Origin: Thermoproteota archaeon
GTDB lineage: Archaea > Asgardarchaeota > Jordiarchaeia > Jordiarchaeales > Freyrarchaeaceae
Reading direction: 5' to 3'
NCBI GenBank assembly: GCA_029258835.1
Contig: JAPDJY010000009.1
Coordinates: forward strand, 1 to 36,219
DNA: 36,219 nucleotides
The notes beneath the pieces are model-generated. The model was given only the letters and a program-made list of their open reading frames with translations, was not told the origin of the DNA and ran no database searches. Both the position numbers and the translations under genes were made by a program. Shown here one piece after another: positions 1 to 11,102 of this stretch. The first letter of the stretch is position 1; each line of letters starts with the position of its first letter.

Positions 1-795
1 GAACACGTGAAGGACTGGAGGAAATGGGGCTACTATAGGAAGCCTGACGTTGAGCGTGCAAGAGAAGAACACGAAATGTTCATGGAGACCTTAAGGTGTG
101 AAGGCGTCCAAGTCTTCCTTGTAGAAGACAGCTGTAAGGAGCGCTTGGACGCCGTGTTCACCAGCGACACGGCTACAGTGACTGATAAGGGGGCCGTAAT
201 CCTCAGGATGGGTAAGGAGCTAAGGAGGGGGGAGGAAGAGGAGGTGAGGAGGAGGCTGGTGGAGATCGGCGTCCCCATACTTGGAGAGATCCACGGGGAT
301 GCAACGCTTGAAGGAGGAGACATACTATGGTTAGACTAGAGAACGGTGGTTGTAGGCCGATCATACCGGTCAAACAGCCTAGGGTTCAACCAGTTCAAAC
401 ACCTCGTTGAAGGATTCGTTGAAGTGGTGGAGCAGGTGGATCTGCCACACTGGCATGACCCGGGAAAATGCCTCCACCTCCTCTCCCTGATAAGCATGGT
501 AGACGAGGACTTAGCCGTAGCCTACCCTGAGCTAATCCCGATCCCCCTCGCCGAGAAACTCAGGCTCAGAGGCGTCAAACTGACAACAGTTCCACCCAGC
601 GAGTTCAAGACGCAAGGTTGCAACGTATTAACCCTAAAGCCTAGGAAGTGCGTGATGGTTGCTGGAAACACGGAAACTAGGAGGGCGCTGGAGAGGGAAG
701 GGGCGGAAGTGATAGAGTTTGAAGGGGAGGAAATATGCATTAACAGGGAGGGTGGGCCAACCTGCATGGTATGCTCGATCCTAAGAGAATACTAA
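1..795 (+). CDS. Amidinotransferase / dimethylarginine dimethylaminohydrolase (arginine deiminase superfamily), 5'-truncated by the window edge, with an in-frame TAG at 337-339
   Basis: ORFs 7..339 and 346..795 are in the same frame: ...EGGDILWLD*RTVVVGRSYRSN. Superfamily motifs DAVFTSD, RRGEE, LEGGD, CLHLLS and C-terminal GGPTC (catalytic Cys). Confidence 0.85.
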
Positions 796-849
796 AGCAA
801 GATTCAACATGGGAACGAAGGAGAAAAAATGGGTTTAGAGGCGGCAAAA

Positions 850-2238
850 TTACTTGGCAGCCACCCACGGGTACATTTCCTTAAGCTGGGCTATGGCTTC
901 CTTCACCTTCTCCGTTGGGTACTCGTAGGCTTGCAGCTGGCCATTGTTGTATGCATCGTACGCCTGCAGGTCGAAGAACCCGTGGCCGCAGAGCGGGAAG
1001 AATATCGTCTTCTCCTCGCCTGTCTCCCTACACCTGATAGCCTCGTCTACCACGGCCTTGATCGCGTGTGCGGGCTCCGGAGCCGTAAGCAACCCCTCAC
1101 TCTTAACGAAGAGTGTTGCAGCATCGAAGACCTCAACTTGATTGTAAGCCACAGCCTTCACGTGTCCCTCCACGTTGAGCAAGCACAGGGTTGGAGCCAT
1201 CCCATGGTAGCGTAAGCCTCCAGCGTGGATGGGTGGAGGTATGAACATGTGCCCGAGCGTGTGCATCTTCAGGAGCGGGGTTAGCCGTGCTGTGTCCCCG
1301 TGATCGTACATGTAGTAGCCCTTCGTCACCGTCGGGCATGCCTTAGGCTCAACAGCGACGAACTCGACGTCCTTAGGCGCCCTCCCTGAAACCTTATCAT
1401 AGTAGAACGGCCAGAACGTCCCCGAGAAGCTGCTGCCTCCTCCTATGCACCCTACGACCACGTCTGGGTAGTCGTCGACGAGCTCAAACTGCCTCTTAGC
1501 CTCCAACCCTATCACGGTTTGGTGAATTAGAACGTGGTTAAGCACGCTTCCGAGAGTGTACTTAGTGTTCTCACTGCTTAAAGCGTCCTCGATGGCTTCA
1601 CTTATCGCAACGCCTAGGCTTCCCGGGTTATCAGGGTCGCTTCTCAAGATGCGCCTGCCAAACTCCGTCCTCTCACTTGGACTCGGCAGCACCTCAGCCC
1701 CCCAGCACTCCATGAGGATCCTCCTATACGGCTTCTGCTGATAACTCACCTTAACCATGTAAACGGTCGCATCCATGCCGAACATCGCGCAGCCAAAGGC
1801 TAGGGCGGATCCCCACTGCCCGGCTCCGGTCTCGGTGGTGAGCCGCTCAACACCCTCCTTCATGTTGTAGTACGCCTGAGCCACGGCCGTGTTTGGCTTG
1901 TGGCTTCCCGGGGGGCTAACCCCCTCATACTTGAAGTATATTTTCGCCGGCGTCTTCAGGGCTCTCTCAAGGTTCACAGCCCTGTAAAGGGGGGTTGGCC
2001 TCCATATCCTGTACACCTCCCTCACTTCATCAGGTATCTTTATCCATCTCTCCTGGCTGACCTCCTGCCTCACAAGCTCCTTTGCGAATATCTGCTCCAG
2101 CGTACTTGGGTTTATAGGCTCCCCGTCGGGGCCTAAGGGTGGCGGAAGCGGCTTCGGCAAGTCGGGGAGTACGTTATACCATTGCTTGGGTATTTCCTCC
2201 TCTTCAAGCAAGATCTTCCTTTGTTGCACGTTTTCCAC
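850..2238 (-). CDS. trpB2: Tryptophan synthase beta-2 type (TrpB2) PLP enzyme
   Basis: Motifs [21 protein letters not shown] (PLP Lys), [26 protein letters not shown]; 462 aa. Confidence 0.95.
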   Translation of the reverse strand: MENVQQRKILLEEEEIPKQWYNVLPDLPKPLPPPLGPDGEPINPSTLEQIFAKELVRQEVSQERWIKIPDEVREVYRIWRPTPLYRAVNLERALKTPAKIYFKYEGVSPPGSHKPNTAVAQAYYNMKEGVERLTTETGAGQWGSALAFGCAMFGMDATVYMVKVSYQQKPYRRILMECWGAEVLPSPSERTEFGRRILRSDPDNPGSLGVAISEAIEDALSSENTKYTLGSVLNHVLIHQTVIGLEAKRQFELVDDYPDVVVGCIGGGSSFSGTFWPFYYDKVSGRAPKDVEFVAVEPKACPTVTKGYYMYDHGDTARLTPLLKMHTLGHMFIPPPIHAGGLRYHGMAPTLCLLNVEGHVKAVAYNQVEVFDAATLFVKSEGLLTAPEPAHAIKAVVDEAIRCRETGEEKTIFFPLCGHGFFDLQAYDAYNNGQLQAYEYPTEKVKEAIAQLKEMYPWVAAK

Positions 2239-2291
2239 CTTTCCCGCTGTGCATTCATCACGGCTTTTACGGACACAAGTATCTGTAAAGG

Positions 2292-2325
2292 TTAAATTTA
2301 AATCTTACGTGTACATAAATGTACA
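2292..2325. promoter_or_regulatory. Divergent trpB2/trpY promoter: AT box TTAAATTTAA (2292-2301) plus tandem TRP boxes TGTACA-TAAA-TGTACA (2310-2325)
   Basis: Read directly from the sequence. TGTACA is the TRP-box consensus of Methanothermobacter TrpY. Confidence 0.75.
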
Positions 2326-2336
2326 TGGTGGTGGGG

Positions 2337-2840
2337 ATGTGGAGTAGGATAGCAAGCTACTTCAAGGAGCACCCGAAAAGGTTAGCTGTAGCTAAAGTTC
2401 TCGTCGAGAACGGTCTAAGCATCAGAAACGGGAAGATTTATTGTAACGAGATCGAGATACCGCCGGTGAGGGTGGCTAGGGTTGCAGGGGTCGACCGGAG
2501 GACGGTGGTGGAAACGATCAAGATGATAGAGAGGGATAAGGAGCTGAGGACGATATTCACACTAATAAAGAACGCTGGAATGTCCCTTAAGGAGGTTGCA
2601 CGCCCACTCAACCTCGGGGTGGTCGAGATCACGCCCGATGACCCGAGAACCGTAGGAATAGTTGCAGGGGTGACCTCGATCATAGCCCGAGAAGGTATAA
2701 GCATCAGGCAAGCTCTAACAGATGACCCCGAGCTGAGCCCCGACCCAAAGCTAACAGTGATAGCAGACCGCAAAATCCCAGGGGAACTAATTCCGAAACT
2801 ACTAAAGGTGAAGGGAGTAGCTAAAGTTTCAATCTATTAA
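2337..2840 (+). CDS. trpY: TrpY-like regulator of amino acid metabolism (N-terminal HTH, C-terminal ACT; COG2150-like)
   Basis: VARVAGVDRRTV HTH and GISIRQA ACT domain. Divergent from trpB2 with TRP boxes. Start probably ATG 2337 after GGTGGTGGGG (ORF track gives 2319). Confidence 0.8.
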   Translation: MWSRIASYFKEHPKRLAVAKVLVENGLSIRNGKIYCNEIEIPPVRVARVAGVDRRTVVETIKMIERDKELRTIFTLIKNAGMSLKEVARPLNLGVVEITPDDPRTVGIVAGVTSIIAREGISIRQALTDDPELSPDPKLTVIADRKIPGELIPKLLKVKGVAKVSIY

Positions 2841-3089
2841 CGGGTAAGCGTAGGCTAGAAGAATTCTTAACAGGAGGCGTCTAGTGGAATTCCTGCCGGC
2901 ATTAAACCTGGGGTTGGGCTCCGGGAGGGAACTGGTTTCTTCCTTACTTACAGTGTTTACTCCTGCGGGGTGTTTTCATCCTCGACTTCGCATCTTCCTA
3001 TGGTGTGTGCTTCCCTCTCACCGTTCAAATGCCGCTTGCTCCCAGAAGCCTTATCTATTCTTTTCACCTAGTTAGTTTGGGGAGCTATT

Positions 3090-3605
3090 ATGGTGGGAGG
3101 GTTAAGCTGCCTGGCGGAGCCCTATAGAAGCGTGGTGAGAAGGGTTCTGGACCGCCTCCTCAGCTCCTTCGGCGACAGGCTTGTCAGCCTTGTCGTTTTC
3201 GGCTCGGTTGCCAGGGGGGACGCCAAGAGGGACAGCGACCTGGACCTCCTCGTGGTCATAGATGGGCTCCCAAGGTCTAGGTTTAAAAGGTTCGACGTTT
3301 TCATGGAGGCTTTGGGGGGAGAGTTCGAAGACTACCTTGACGAGCTGGTGGACAAGGGCTTCTACGTGAGCATATCCCCCGTGATAAAGGAGCCTGAGGA
3401 GGCCTCCAAGCCCTCCATCCTGTACTTGGACATGGTCGAGGACTCCGTGGTGGTTTATGATAGATGCGGCTTTTTCACGGGTGTGCTTGACAGGCTTAGG
3501 AGGAGGCTGGATGAGCTGGGGGCCGAAAGGGTCTGGGTGGGGAAGAAATGGTATTGGAGGCTGAAAAAAGGCTACAGGTTCGGCGAGGTCATCACGCTTG
3601 AATAA
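3090..3605 (+). CDS. Minimal nucleotidyltransferase (MNT) antitoxin
   Basis: FGSVARGD...DSDLDL motif; overlaps the HEPN gene by 8 nt. Confidence 0.9.
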   Translation: MVGGLSCLAEPYRSVVRRVLDRLLSSFGDRLVSLVVFGSVARGDAKRDSDLDLLVVIDGLPRSRFKRFDVFMEALGGEFEDYLDELVDKGFYVSISPVIKEPEEASKPSILYLDMVEDSVVVYDRCGFFTGVLDRLRRRLDELGAERVWVGKKWYWRLKKGYRFGEVITLE

Positions 3606-4041
3606 CCTGAAGCTGGCTGAGTCGAACATCAGGCAAGCCGAGGAAAGGCTGAAGCATGCAGGGGAAGCCCTCACCTCAGGCAACTACCCCTACACGGTGA
3701 GGCAGTGCCAAGAGGCGGTGGAGCTACTGTTAAAAGCGGCGTTGAGGATCGCCGGCATAGAGCCACCGAAGTGGCACGATGTTGGACCAATAATAAGGAG
3801 GGAGCTCGACAGGTTCCCGCAGCGCTTCCGCGACGAAGTAGACTTCATAGTGTCCGCTTCGAGGAGGCTGAGAAATGAGCGGGAAAGATCAATGTACGGC
3901 GATGAGGAAACAGGCTTGCCACCAGAAGAACTATACACTAGGCTCGACGCCGAACAAGCACTAAGCGACGCTTTAAAAATAAGAAGACTGGTTCTGGAAC
4001 TGCTCGGCGAAGCCGCCGGGGGGAGGAATGAATCCTCTTAG
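3598..4041 (+). CDS. HEPN-domain protein (MNT-HEPN toxin-antitoxin pair)
   Basis: CQEAVELLLKA, PPKWHD and RERSMYG motifs typical of archaeal HEPN. Confidence 0.9.
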   Translation: MNNLKLAESNIRQAEERLKHAGEALTSGNYPYTVRQCQEAVELLLKAALRIAGIEPPKWHDVGPIIRRELDRFPQRFRDEVDFIVSASRRLRNERERSMYGDEETGLPPEELYTRLDAEQALSDALKIRRLVLELLGEAAGGRNESS

Positions 4042-4086
4042 CGGTGCCAGCCGAGCAGTGAAATATGTAATCCTTGGAGGGGGTCG

Positions 4087-5739
4087 CTAGCTTAGGATTG
4101 CACCCGAGCTCGCCGACGACACTGCCTTCAAGTACCTTTTAAGGTATCCCCTCTTGGCGTGTTCAGGCGGATTCCAGCTCCATCTTCTCCTCCTATCCTC
4201 CAGCTCCTCCCCGGAGACGAGGAGGTCGATCCTTCTCCGTGGCAGGTCTATCCTCACCGTGTCGCCGTCCCTCGCCAGCGCTATGGGTCCGCCTTCAGCC
4301 GCCTCCGGGGATATGTGCCCAATGCATATCCCTCTTGTTGCGCCCGAGAAGCGTCCATCGGTGAGGAGAGCCACCTTTTCACCCATCCCCATACCAGACA
4401 CGGCCGCGGTGACGGCCAGCATCTCCCTCATCCCAGGTCCGCCACGCGGCCCCTCATACCTTATCACCAGTATGTCCCCCTCCTCAACCTTCCCTTCCAT
4501 GACTGCTTTCATGCACTCCTCCTCTCTGTCAAACACCTTGGCTGTCCCCTCCATCACCACGTCTTCATCCTTCAACCCTGAAAGCTTTATTACGCTTCCC
4601 TCAGGTGCAAGGCTACCCTTAAGTATCGCTATTGAACCATGCCCTCTAACCGGGCTGCTAGCCGGTCTTATTACGTCACGTCTCAGAACCTTCGCCCTCG
4701 CAGCGGAGTCCCTCAGCCTCCCATACACCGTCCTCGCGTCCAGGTCGAGGCGCTCGGATAGCTCGGAGAGGAGAGCTGGGACGCCTCCCGCCTCCTCCAA
4801 GTCCTCCATGGTGTGGCTTCCCCCGGGAGCCAGCGTGCAGAGCTGGGGTGTCGACCTGCTTACCTCCTCGAATACGTCGAGGCTCAGGCTTATCCCCGCC
4901 TCCGCAGCTATAGCCGGCAGGTGGAGGACTGTGTTGGTTGACCCGCCGAGGGCTACATCCACCGTTATGGCGTTCCTGAAGGCCTCCTCCCCCATCACCT
5001 CCCGCGGCTTAAGGTCCTCCTCCACGAGCTTGACAGCCACTCTACCGGTTTCTACGGCTATACGCTCCTTCTTGGCGGAGCATGCGTGTGCAGTAGCGCA
5101 TCCGGGAAGGGACATCCCCAGCGCCTCGGTCAGGCACGCCATGGTGTTAGCCGTGAACATGCCGTTACACGAGCCAGCCCCGGGGCAAGCCACGTCCTCC
5201 ATCTCCGCCAGCTCTTCTATGGTTAACTCGCCCTTCTCGCACCGCCCGACCGCCTCGAACATGCTTGCCACGCCCACCCTCTGACCCCTGTAAACCCCTG
5301 AGGGCATTGGCCCCCCCGTCAGGACAATCGATGGAATGTTCACCCTCGCCGCGGCCATCAGCATTCCAGGAGTTATCTTGTCGCAGTTGGTTATGAGGAC
5401 CATTCCGTCAAACCTGTGGGCTTCAACCACGAGCTCCACAGAGTCAGCTATCACATCCCTTGACGGGAGGGAGTAGCGCATCCCAGCGTGCCCCATCGCT
5501 ATCCCGTCACATATTGCTATGGTGTTGACCTCGAATGGAACCCCGCCCGCGCCGCTAACACCCATCTTGACGAGCTCGGCAAGCCTCCTCAAATGGACGT
5601 GCCCCGGGACGATCTCACTGTAGCTGTTAACCACCGCTATGAACGGCCTGTCAAATTCTTCATTAGTGACTCCAACTGCCTTAAGCAACGCCCTATGGGG
5701 CGCCCTCTCAACACCCCTCTTAACCTCATCACTCCTCAA
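4087..5739 (-). CDS. ilvD: Dihydroxy-acid dehydratase
   Basis: [42 protein letters not shown]. Likely TTG start at 5739 (MRSDEVK) rather than 5793. Confidence 0.96.
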   Translation of the reverse strand: MRSDEVKRGVERAPHRALLKAVGVTNEEFDRPFIAVVNSYSEIVPGHVHLRRLAELVKMGVSGAGGVPFEVNTIAICDGIAMGHAGMRYSLPSRDVIADSVELVVEAHRFDGMVLITNCDKITPGMLMAAARVNIPSIVLTGGPMPSGVYRGQRVGVASMFEAVGRCEKGELTIEELAEMEDVACPGAGSCNGMFTANTMACLTEALGMSLPGCATAHACSAKKERIAVETGRVAVKLVEEDLKPREVMGEEAFRNAITVDVALGGSTNTVLHLPAIAAEAGISLSLDVFEEVSRSTPQLCTLAPGGSHTMEDLEEAGGVPALLSELSERLDLDARTVYGRLRDSAARAKVLRRDVIRPASSPVRGHGSIAILKGSLAPEGSVIKLSGLKDEDVVMEGTAKVFDREEECMKAVMEGKVEEGDILVIRYEGPRGGPGMREMLAVTAAVSGMGMGEKVALLTDGRFSGATRGICIGHISPEAAEGGPIALARDGDTVRIDLPRRRIDLLVSGEELEDRRRRWSWNPPEHAKRGYLKRYLKAVSSASSGAILS

Positions 5740-5815
5740 ACAAACACCCCAGAGAAAAAACAAATGAATTAACACTAAATCAACAGGCGACATTAAATTA
5801 ATAAAAATAAAAAGT

Positions 5816-6802
5816 TTATCTTTCTATTCCAGCTAGCTTTCTTAGTTCTCTGCCTACTGTTTCGATCTGGTGGCTGGCCATTTTGTCCATTAGCTCTTTA
5901 AGCTTCCTCTGTCCTCCCCTGTATTCTTCAACCCACTCCTTGGTGAAGGAGCCATCCTTCACCTTTTTAGCGGCCTCCTTCATGTTCCTCTTAACGTTCT
6001 CGTCTAGTACTCTTGGCCCAACCGTTAATCCCCCGTACTTCGCCGTGTCGCTGACCGCCTTAAGCATGCCTGTGATCCCTCCCCTATAGATCATGTCCAT
6101 TATTAGCTTCGCCTCGTTAAGCACCTCGAAGTATGCCACCTCAGGCTGGTATCCTTCCTCCACCAGAACCTCGAAACCCTTCTTTATCAGCTCCATCAAC
6201 CCGCCTACTAGGACGCACTGCTCCCCTATCAAGTCCGTTTCAACCTCCTCCCTGAACGTAGTCTCTATCGCCCCAGCCCTAGTGGCCCCTATCGCCTTAG
6301 CGATGGCTAATGCAATCTTCATGGCCTGCCCCGTGTAGTCTTGGTGTACCGCCACCAAGGCTGGCGCCCCAAACCCTTCCAAGTATAGCTCCCTAACCAT
6401 GGCTCCCGGGCTTTTAGGGGCCACCATGAACACGTCCACTGTTTCAGGGGGCTTTATGAGTTCATAGTGGATGTTGAAGGCGTGTGCGAACCCTAAAGCC
6501 GCCCCATCCTTAAGGTTTGGCTCCACCTGCGCCTCGTAAACTTCTGGCTGAACCATGTCCGGGATGAGCATCAGGATCACGTCAGCCTTGCTGACTGCTT
6601 CGGGAACCTCGAAGACTTGGAACCCGTCTGTCGAGGCTGCATCCCACGACTTCCCCCGTCTTAACCCTAGGATCACGTTCACCCCGCTGTCCCTTAGGTT
6701 TAACGCTTGAGCCTTGCCTTGGCTTCCGTAGCCTATCACCGCAACAGTCTTCCCGTTGAGGATCGAGGAGTCAACATCGGCGTCCTTATAAATCTTAGCC
6801 AT
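5816..6802 (-). CDS. ilvC: Ketol-acid reductoisomerase
   Basis: [30 protein letters not shown]. Confidence 0.96.
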   Translation of the reverse strand: MAKIYKDADVDSSILNGKTVAVIGYGSQGKAQALNLRDSGVNVILGLRRGKSWDAASTDGFQVFEVPEAVSKADVILMLIPDMVQPEVYEAQVEPNLKDGAALGFAHAFNIHYELIKPPETVDVFMVAPKSPGAMVRELYLEGFGAPALVAVHQDYTGQAMKIALAIAKAIGATRAGAIETTFREEVETDLIGEQCVLVGGLMELIKKGFEVLVEEGYQPEVAYFEVLNEAKLIMDMIYRGGITGMLKAVSDTAKYGGLTVGPRVLDENVKRNMKEAAKKVKDGSFTKEWVEEYRGGQRKLKELMDKMASHQIETVGRELRKLAGIER

Positions 6803-7322
6803 TTATACCTACCTCCTTCACGGTCGGCTCGGCTCCCCTTACGACTGCCGTTATCCCCGTCCTAGCTATCTCGACTATGTTTATCTTCCCTACTTCCTCT
6901 ATAAACTTATTTATCCTGTCTGGGGTGTCGACAAGCTCCACAGTGACCGTCCTAGGGGTCATGTCCACGATGTGCCCCCTGTACCTGTTAACCTTCTCTA
7001 TGACCTCCGACTGGAGGCCGTTGTTTGGCATGCTCACCTTTATCAGGGCGAGCTCCCTCACGATCATGTCTTCCGGCTTAAAGACCACTATGCTTACAAC
7101 CTCAACCAGTTTATCAAGCTGGTAGACCACCTGGCTCAGCTCCCTCTCCTCGCCGTAGATTGTGAACGTCATACGTGATATGCCCTCATACTCGGTTGAG
7201 CCAACGGTTATCGTTGCAATGTTGAAGTTCCGCCTCCTTATCAGGCTTGTAACCCTGAATAGCACCCCGGGCCTATCCTCGACAAGCGTAACTATCACGT
7301 GCATCCCGTCACTTCTACTCAT
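6795..7322 (-). CDS. ilvN: Acetolactate synthase small (regulatory) subunit
   Basis: [11 protein letters not shown]...RRNFNI ACT domain, [14 protein letters not shown]; lies between ilvB and ilvC. Confidence 0.93.
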   Translation of the reverse strand: MSRSDGMHVIVTLVEDRPGVLFRVTSLIRRRNFNIATITVGSTEYEGISRMTFTIYGEERELSQVVYQLDKLVEVVSIVVFKPEDMIVRELALIKVSMPNNGLQSEVIEKVNRYRGHIVDMTPRTVTVELVDTPDRINKFIEEVGKINIVEIARTGITAVVRGAEPTVKEVGING

Positions 7323-8997
7323 GGGTAATGACCTCCCTTAAGCTTCTCCCCGGCGGAACGAACGGGAACACCTTTTCGTCAGGCGATATTCTGACGTCTA
7401 TTATCGTGGTTACCTCGCTCTTAACTCCCGCCTTAACGGCCTCCTCGAAGTCTCCGTAGGACTGCACCGTGAAACCCTGAGCTCCATGTATCTCAGCGAA
7501 CTTTGCCAGGTCAGGGTTCCCGCTGAGGTCTGTTGCCATGTACCTTTTACCGTAGAAGAGGGTTTGCCACTGCCTAACCATTCCAAGCCACCCATTGTTG
7601 AGTATCACAGCTATCACCGGCAAGTTTTCAGCCATGGACGTCACAAGCTCCTGGCTTGTCATCATAAAGCTTCCATCCCCGTCGACGTCTACGACCAGCC
7701 TTCCGGGGGCTGCCGCCTTCGCCCCGACAGCAGCTGGAAAGCCGAAGCCCATGGCTCCTAGCCCACCTGAAGTGATGAACGTTCGTGGACGGTAAACGTC
7801 GAAGAACAGTGCTGCCCACATCTGGTTCTGGCCAACCCCCGTGGTTACAATGGTGTCTTCTGGGACTGTCTTCCTAAGCATTCTCATCAGGACTCCCGGC
7901 TTAAGGTCGCCTTTAAGGTCGTAAACGGACTTTGCCTCCTCCTTCAACTCTTCGACCCTTTTAGCCCACAGCGTCTTAGCCCTCTTCCTAGCCCTCCTCT
8001 TAGCTTCCTCGAATATGCTCGCCAGCCCCCTCTTAGCGTCGCACACTACGGGTATGTGGGCTGGAATGTTCTTTGATATCTCAGCTGGGTCTATGTCCAC
8101 GTGTATTACCTTCGCGTCTTGGGCGAACTCATCAAACCTCCCAGTGGACCTATCCGAGAACCTTGTCCCAACAGCTAGGATAAGGTCCGCCTCCCCCACT
8201 GCGAGGTTTGCCTCGTAGCGTCCATGCATGCCGATCATGCCCAGGCAGAGGGGGTGGTTTTCAGGCATCGCCCCTTTACCCATAAGCGTGGTCACAACGG
8301 GTATCATGAACGTTTCAGCCAGCATCCGAAGCTCATGGCTTGCATTGGCTATTATCACGCCCCCGCCAGCCATTATTATGGGTCTTTCAGCGTTTAGCAG
8401 CGCCTCCACGGCACGTTTAACCTGGAGTGGGTCTGGCTCGGCTCTAACCCTATACCCTAGTAGCTTAACCTTTTCCGGGAATTCTATGTCGTCCTCACCT
8501 GTCTGAACGTCCTTTGGCAGGTCTATGAGTACGGGTCCAGGCCTACCAGTCGACGCTATGTGGAACGCGGCCTTCACCACTCCCGGTATCTCCCTTGCAC
8601 GCCTAGGCTGGAAGGTCTCCTTCGTTATGGGGGTTACTATACCAACTATGTCTGCTTCTTGGAACGCGTCGCTTCCAATCATGGACGTTGGAACCTGCCC
8701 CGTTATGGTTACCACCGGGGAGCTGTCCATGTACGCCACTGTTATGCCTGTAACAGTGTTTGTCGCTCCGGGCCCTGAGGTAACCATGCATACGCCCACC
8801 CTGCCGCTCACCCTTGCGTAGGCGTCAGCCATGTGGGCTGCACCCTGCTCATGCCTCGCAAGCACATGCCTTATCTCTCCATTATCGTAGAGTGCATCGT
8901 AGACGGGGAGGATTGCCCCCCCTGGAATCCCAAATATCAGGTTTACTTTCTCACGTTTAAGGGCTTCTATCAGTGCTTCAGCTCCACTCATCCTCAT
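7315..8997 (-). CDS. ilvB: Acetolactate synthase large subunit
   Basis: FGIPGGA, RHEQGA, TSGPGATN, GRPGPV, GDGSFMM (TPP motif). Confidence 0.96.
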   Translation of the reverse strand: MRMSGAEALIEALKREKVNLIFGIPGGAILPVYDALYDNGEIRHVLARHEQGAAHMADAYARVSGRVGVCMVTSGPGATNTVTGITVAYMDSSPVVTITGQVPTSMIGSDAFQEADIVGIVTPITKETFQPRRAREIPGVVKAAFHIASTGRPGPVLIDLPKDVQTGEDDIEFPEKVKLLGYRVRAEPDPLQVKRAVEALLNAERPIIMAGGGVIIANASHELRMLAETFMIPVVTTLMGKGAMPENHPLCLGMIGMHGRYEANLAVGEADLILAVGTRFSDRSTGRFDEFAQDAKVIHVDIDPAEISKNIPAHIPVVCDAKRGLASIFEEAKRRARKRAKTLWAKRVEELKEEAKSVYDLKGDLKPGVLMRMLRKTVPEDTIVTTGVGQNQMWAALFFDVYRPRTFITSGGLGAMGFGFPAAVGAKAAAPGRLVVDVDGDGSFMMTSQELVTSMAENLPVIAVILNNGWLGMVRQWQTLFYGKRYMATDLSGNPDLAKFAEIHGAQGFTVQSYGDFEEAVKAGVKSEVTTIIDVRISPDEKVFPFVPPGRSLREVITHE

Positions 8998-10631
8998 TTA
9001 GTTATTCCTCCCTAAACTGTTAAGGCGAACCTTGTGGATGTAGTAGGAGTACCCGTCTATGAGGGCCTCCTTAGTTGCCTTCAAAATGTTCGGGGAAACG
9101 CCGACGGTGGACCAGGTTTCAACCCCGTCGCTGAACTCTATGTACACGCGTACGGTAGCCCCCGTTCCTGTTCTGTCCTCCACACCCGACGGGACGTCGA
9201 CCGTTGTAACCTTGTAGTTGATGAGCTTCACACGTTCTATTTCAGGGTATGACTCTCTAAGCGCCTTCCTTATCGCCATATCTTGAGCGTGGACGGGGCC
9301 GTCCCCCTCGGATATCTCGTGGAAAACCCTGTCTCCAATGGCGAGCCTAACGGTGCTCTCCGAGACAACTTCACCGTTCTTAGCCTCCACCAGCGTCCTC
9401 CAGGAGAGGACTTCAAAATCCTTCATTCTCCGTCCAAGCACGTCCAGCATCACCATGTAGAGCGTCCCGTTCACGTTTTCAAGCTGGTAACCCATGTTCT
9501 CAAGCTGCTTAATTCTCTCGAGAACCTTCAAGGCTTCCTCGCTGTTCCTGTCAAGCTCCAAGCCAAACTCCCTTGCCTTAGCCGCCACCGCGGCCCTCCC
9601 GGCGACCTCGGAGAGAGCTATTACCCTGACGTTCCCCACCGCCGCGGGGTCCACGTGCTCGTAGCTCCTCTCAACCTTAAGCACCGCGTCTATGTGCACT
9701 CCTCCCTTATGGGCGAAGGCGTACTTTCCAACGTACGGCTGGTATGGGTTGGGTTTAAGGTTGGTTACCTCATACACGTAGTTTGAGACCTCAGCCAGCC
9801 TCCTCAGGGAGCCGGCGATGGCTTCAACCCCCATCTTCAACTCTAGGGAAGGTATCACCTGGCAAAGGTCAGCGTTCCCGCATCGCTCCCCTATCCCGTT
9901 AACGGTCCCCTGAACGTGGAAGGCTCCCTCGGCGACCGCTGAGAGGCTGTTCGCCACCGCCACACCCGAGTCATTGTGGCAGTGCACCCCTATCGGCGTC
10001 ACAAACCTTCTGCAGACCTCCCGGGTTATCCGGGTGAACTCCCACGGGAGAGTGCCGCCGTTGGTGTCGCACAGCACCAGCCGTGAGGCGCCAGCCTCGG
10101 CCGCAGCGCTGAGCACTCGGAGCGCGTACTCCCTGTTAGCCTTGAATCCATCGTAGAAGTGCTCCGCGTCAAATATCACGTTCAACCCATGCTCCCTGAG
10201 GTACTCTATGGAGTCACTCACCATTTCAAGGTTCTCGCTGAGGGTTGCCCCCAGCACTTGTGTCACGTGCATGTCCCAAGCCTTGCCGAAGATCGTTGCC
10301 CACTCAACGTCGGACTCAACTATGGACTGAAGGTTTTCATCCTTGGACGCCGTGACGCTCTTCTTCCTAGTGCTCCCGAAGGCGACCACCTTAGAGTAGC
10401 TTAGACTATAGTCCCTTATGGCCTTGAAGTACTCCTTGTCTTTCGGGTTAGAATTAGGCCATCCGCCTTCAATGAAGGGGACACCAAGCTCGTCAAGCTT
10501 TAACGTTATTCTCACTTTGTCCTGGAGAGAGAACCCGACCTCACACGCCTGCGCCCCTTCACGGAGCGTGGCGTCGTAGATCTCGACCCTCCTGCCGGAT
10601 TTGGTGATCCCTCACTTCTAACACCCTTCAA
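8998..10631 (-). CDS. cimA: Citramalate synthase (DRE-TIM plus LeuA-type regulatory domain); N-terminus extends beyond the ORF call and appears frameshifted near 10600
   Basis: IEGGWPNSNPKD, FDAEHFYDG, HCHNDSG, GIGERCGN, FAHKGGVH. In-frame VEIYDATLREGAQ lies upstream of 10515 with no start codon. One extra A in CCAAA[A]TCC joins it to TTG 10631. Confidence 0.85.
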
Positions 10632-10657
10632 ACCATTACCATCACCAAATAGACGGA

Positions 10658-10674
10658 ATGCTTATAAGTCTTTC
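10658..10674 (-). promoter_or_regulatory. Putative BRE/TATA promoter of the cimA-ilv operon (AAAGACTTATAAGC on the minus strand)
   Basis: Purine-rich BRE followed by TTATAA about 30 nt upstream of the inferred start. Confidence 0.5.
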
Positions 10675-11102
10675 GTGTCCGCCCGCCGGAAAACCCCAAA
10701 TGTTAAACATGAACATGTTAATTATCATCCGCTGGAAACCCTGATCCTTAAAAGGCAAATGGCGAAAGAACCGTCACAACCAAATTTTCCACCGGAAACG
10801 TTGAAGCTTCCCTCCCTTCCTCGTGGCCTCCGAACACCAACCCCTCTGGAAGCTAAAACGTCCCCTTTCCATTCCAGCCGCAACGCTAAAGGATGGTTCA
10901 AGGTGTTACCCGGTATCCCGCTCGCTAAACCCCTCTAGCCTAGCTTTAGAATTCTTCTCGGGAGGGATCCCCTCCACTCGGAGATGCCATGGACTTCTAA
11001 TGCAGGAAGCCGCCTAAACGGCGTAAACGCAAGACGAAACCCTTATTAAATGACGGATCCACTTCATTTAGATTTAAGAGCCCGGATTGGAGGGGAGGCG
11101 CA

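Noticed and set aside
2884-3075. 63-aa ORF between trpY and the MNT gene
   Set aside because: No motif and atypical composition; it overlaps the likely MNT promoter.
4154-5284. Long antisense ORF (376 aa), and many similar shadow ORFs
   Set aside because: Ser/Pro-rich antisense mirror of ilvD with no motifs; the same applies to other ORFs overlapping assigned genes.
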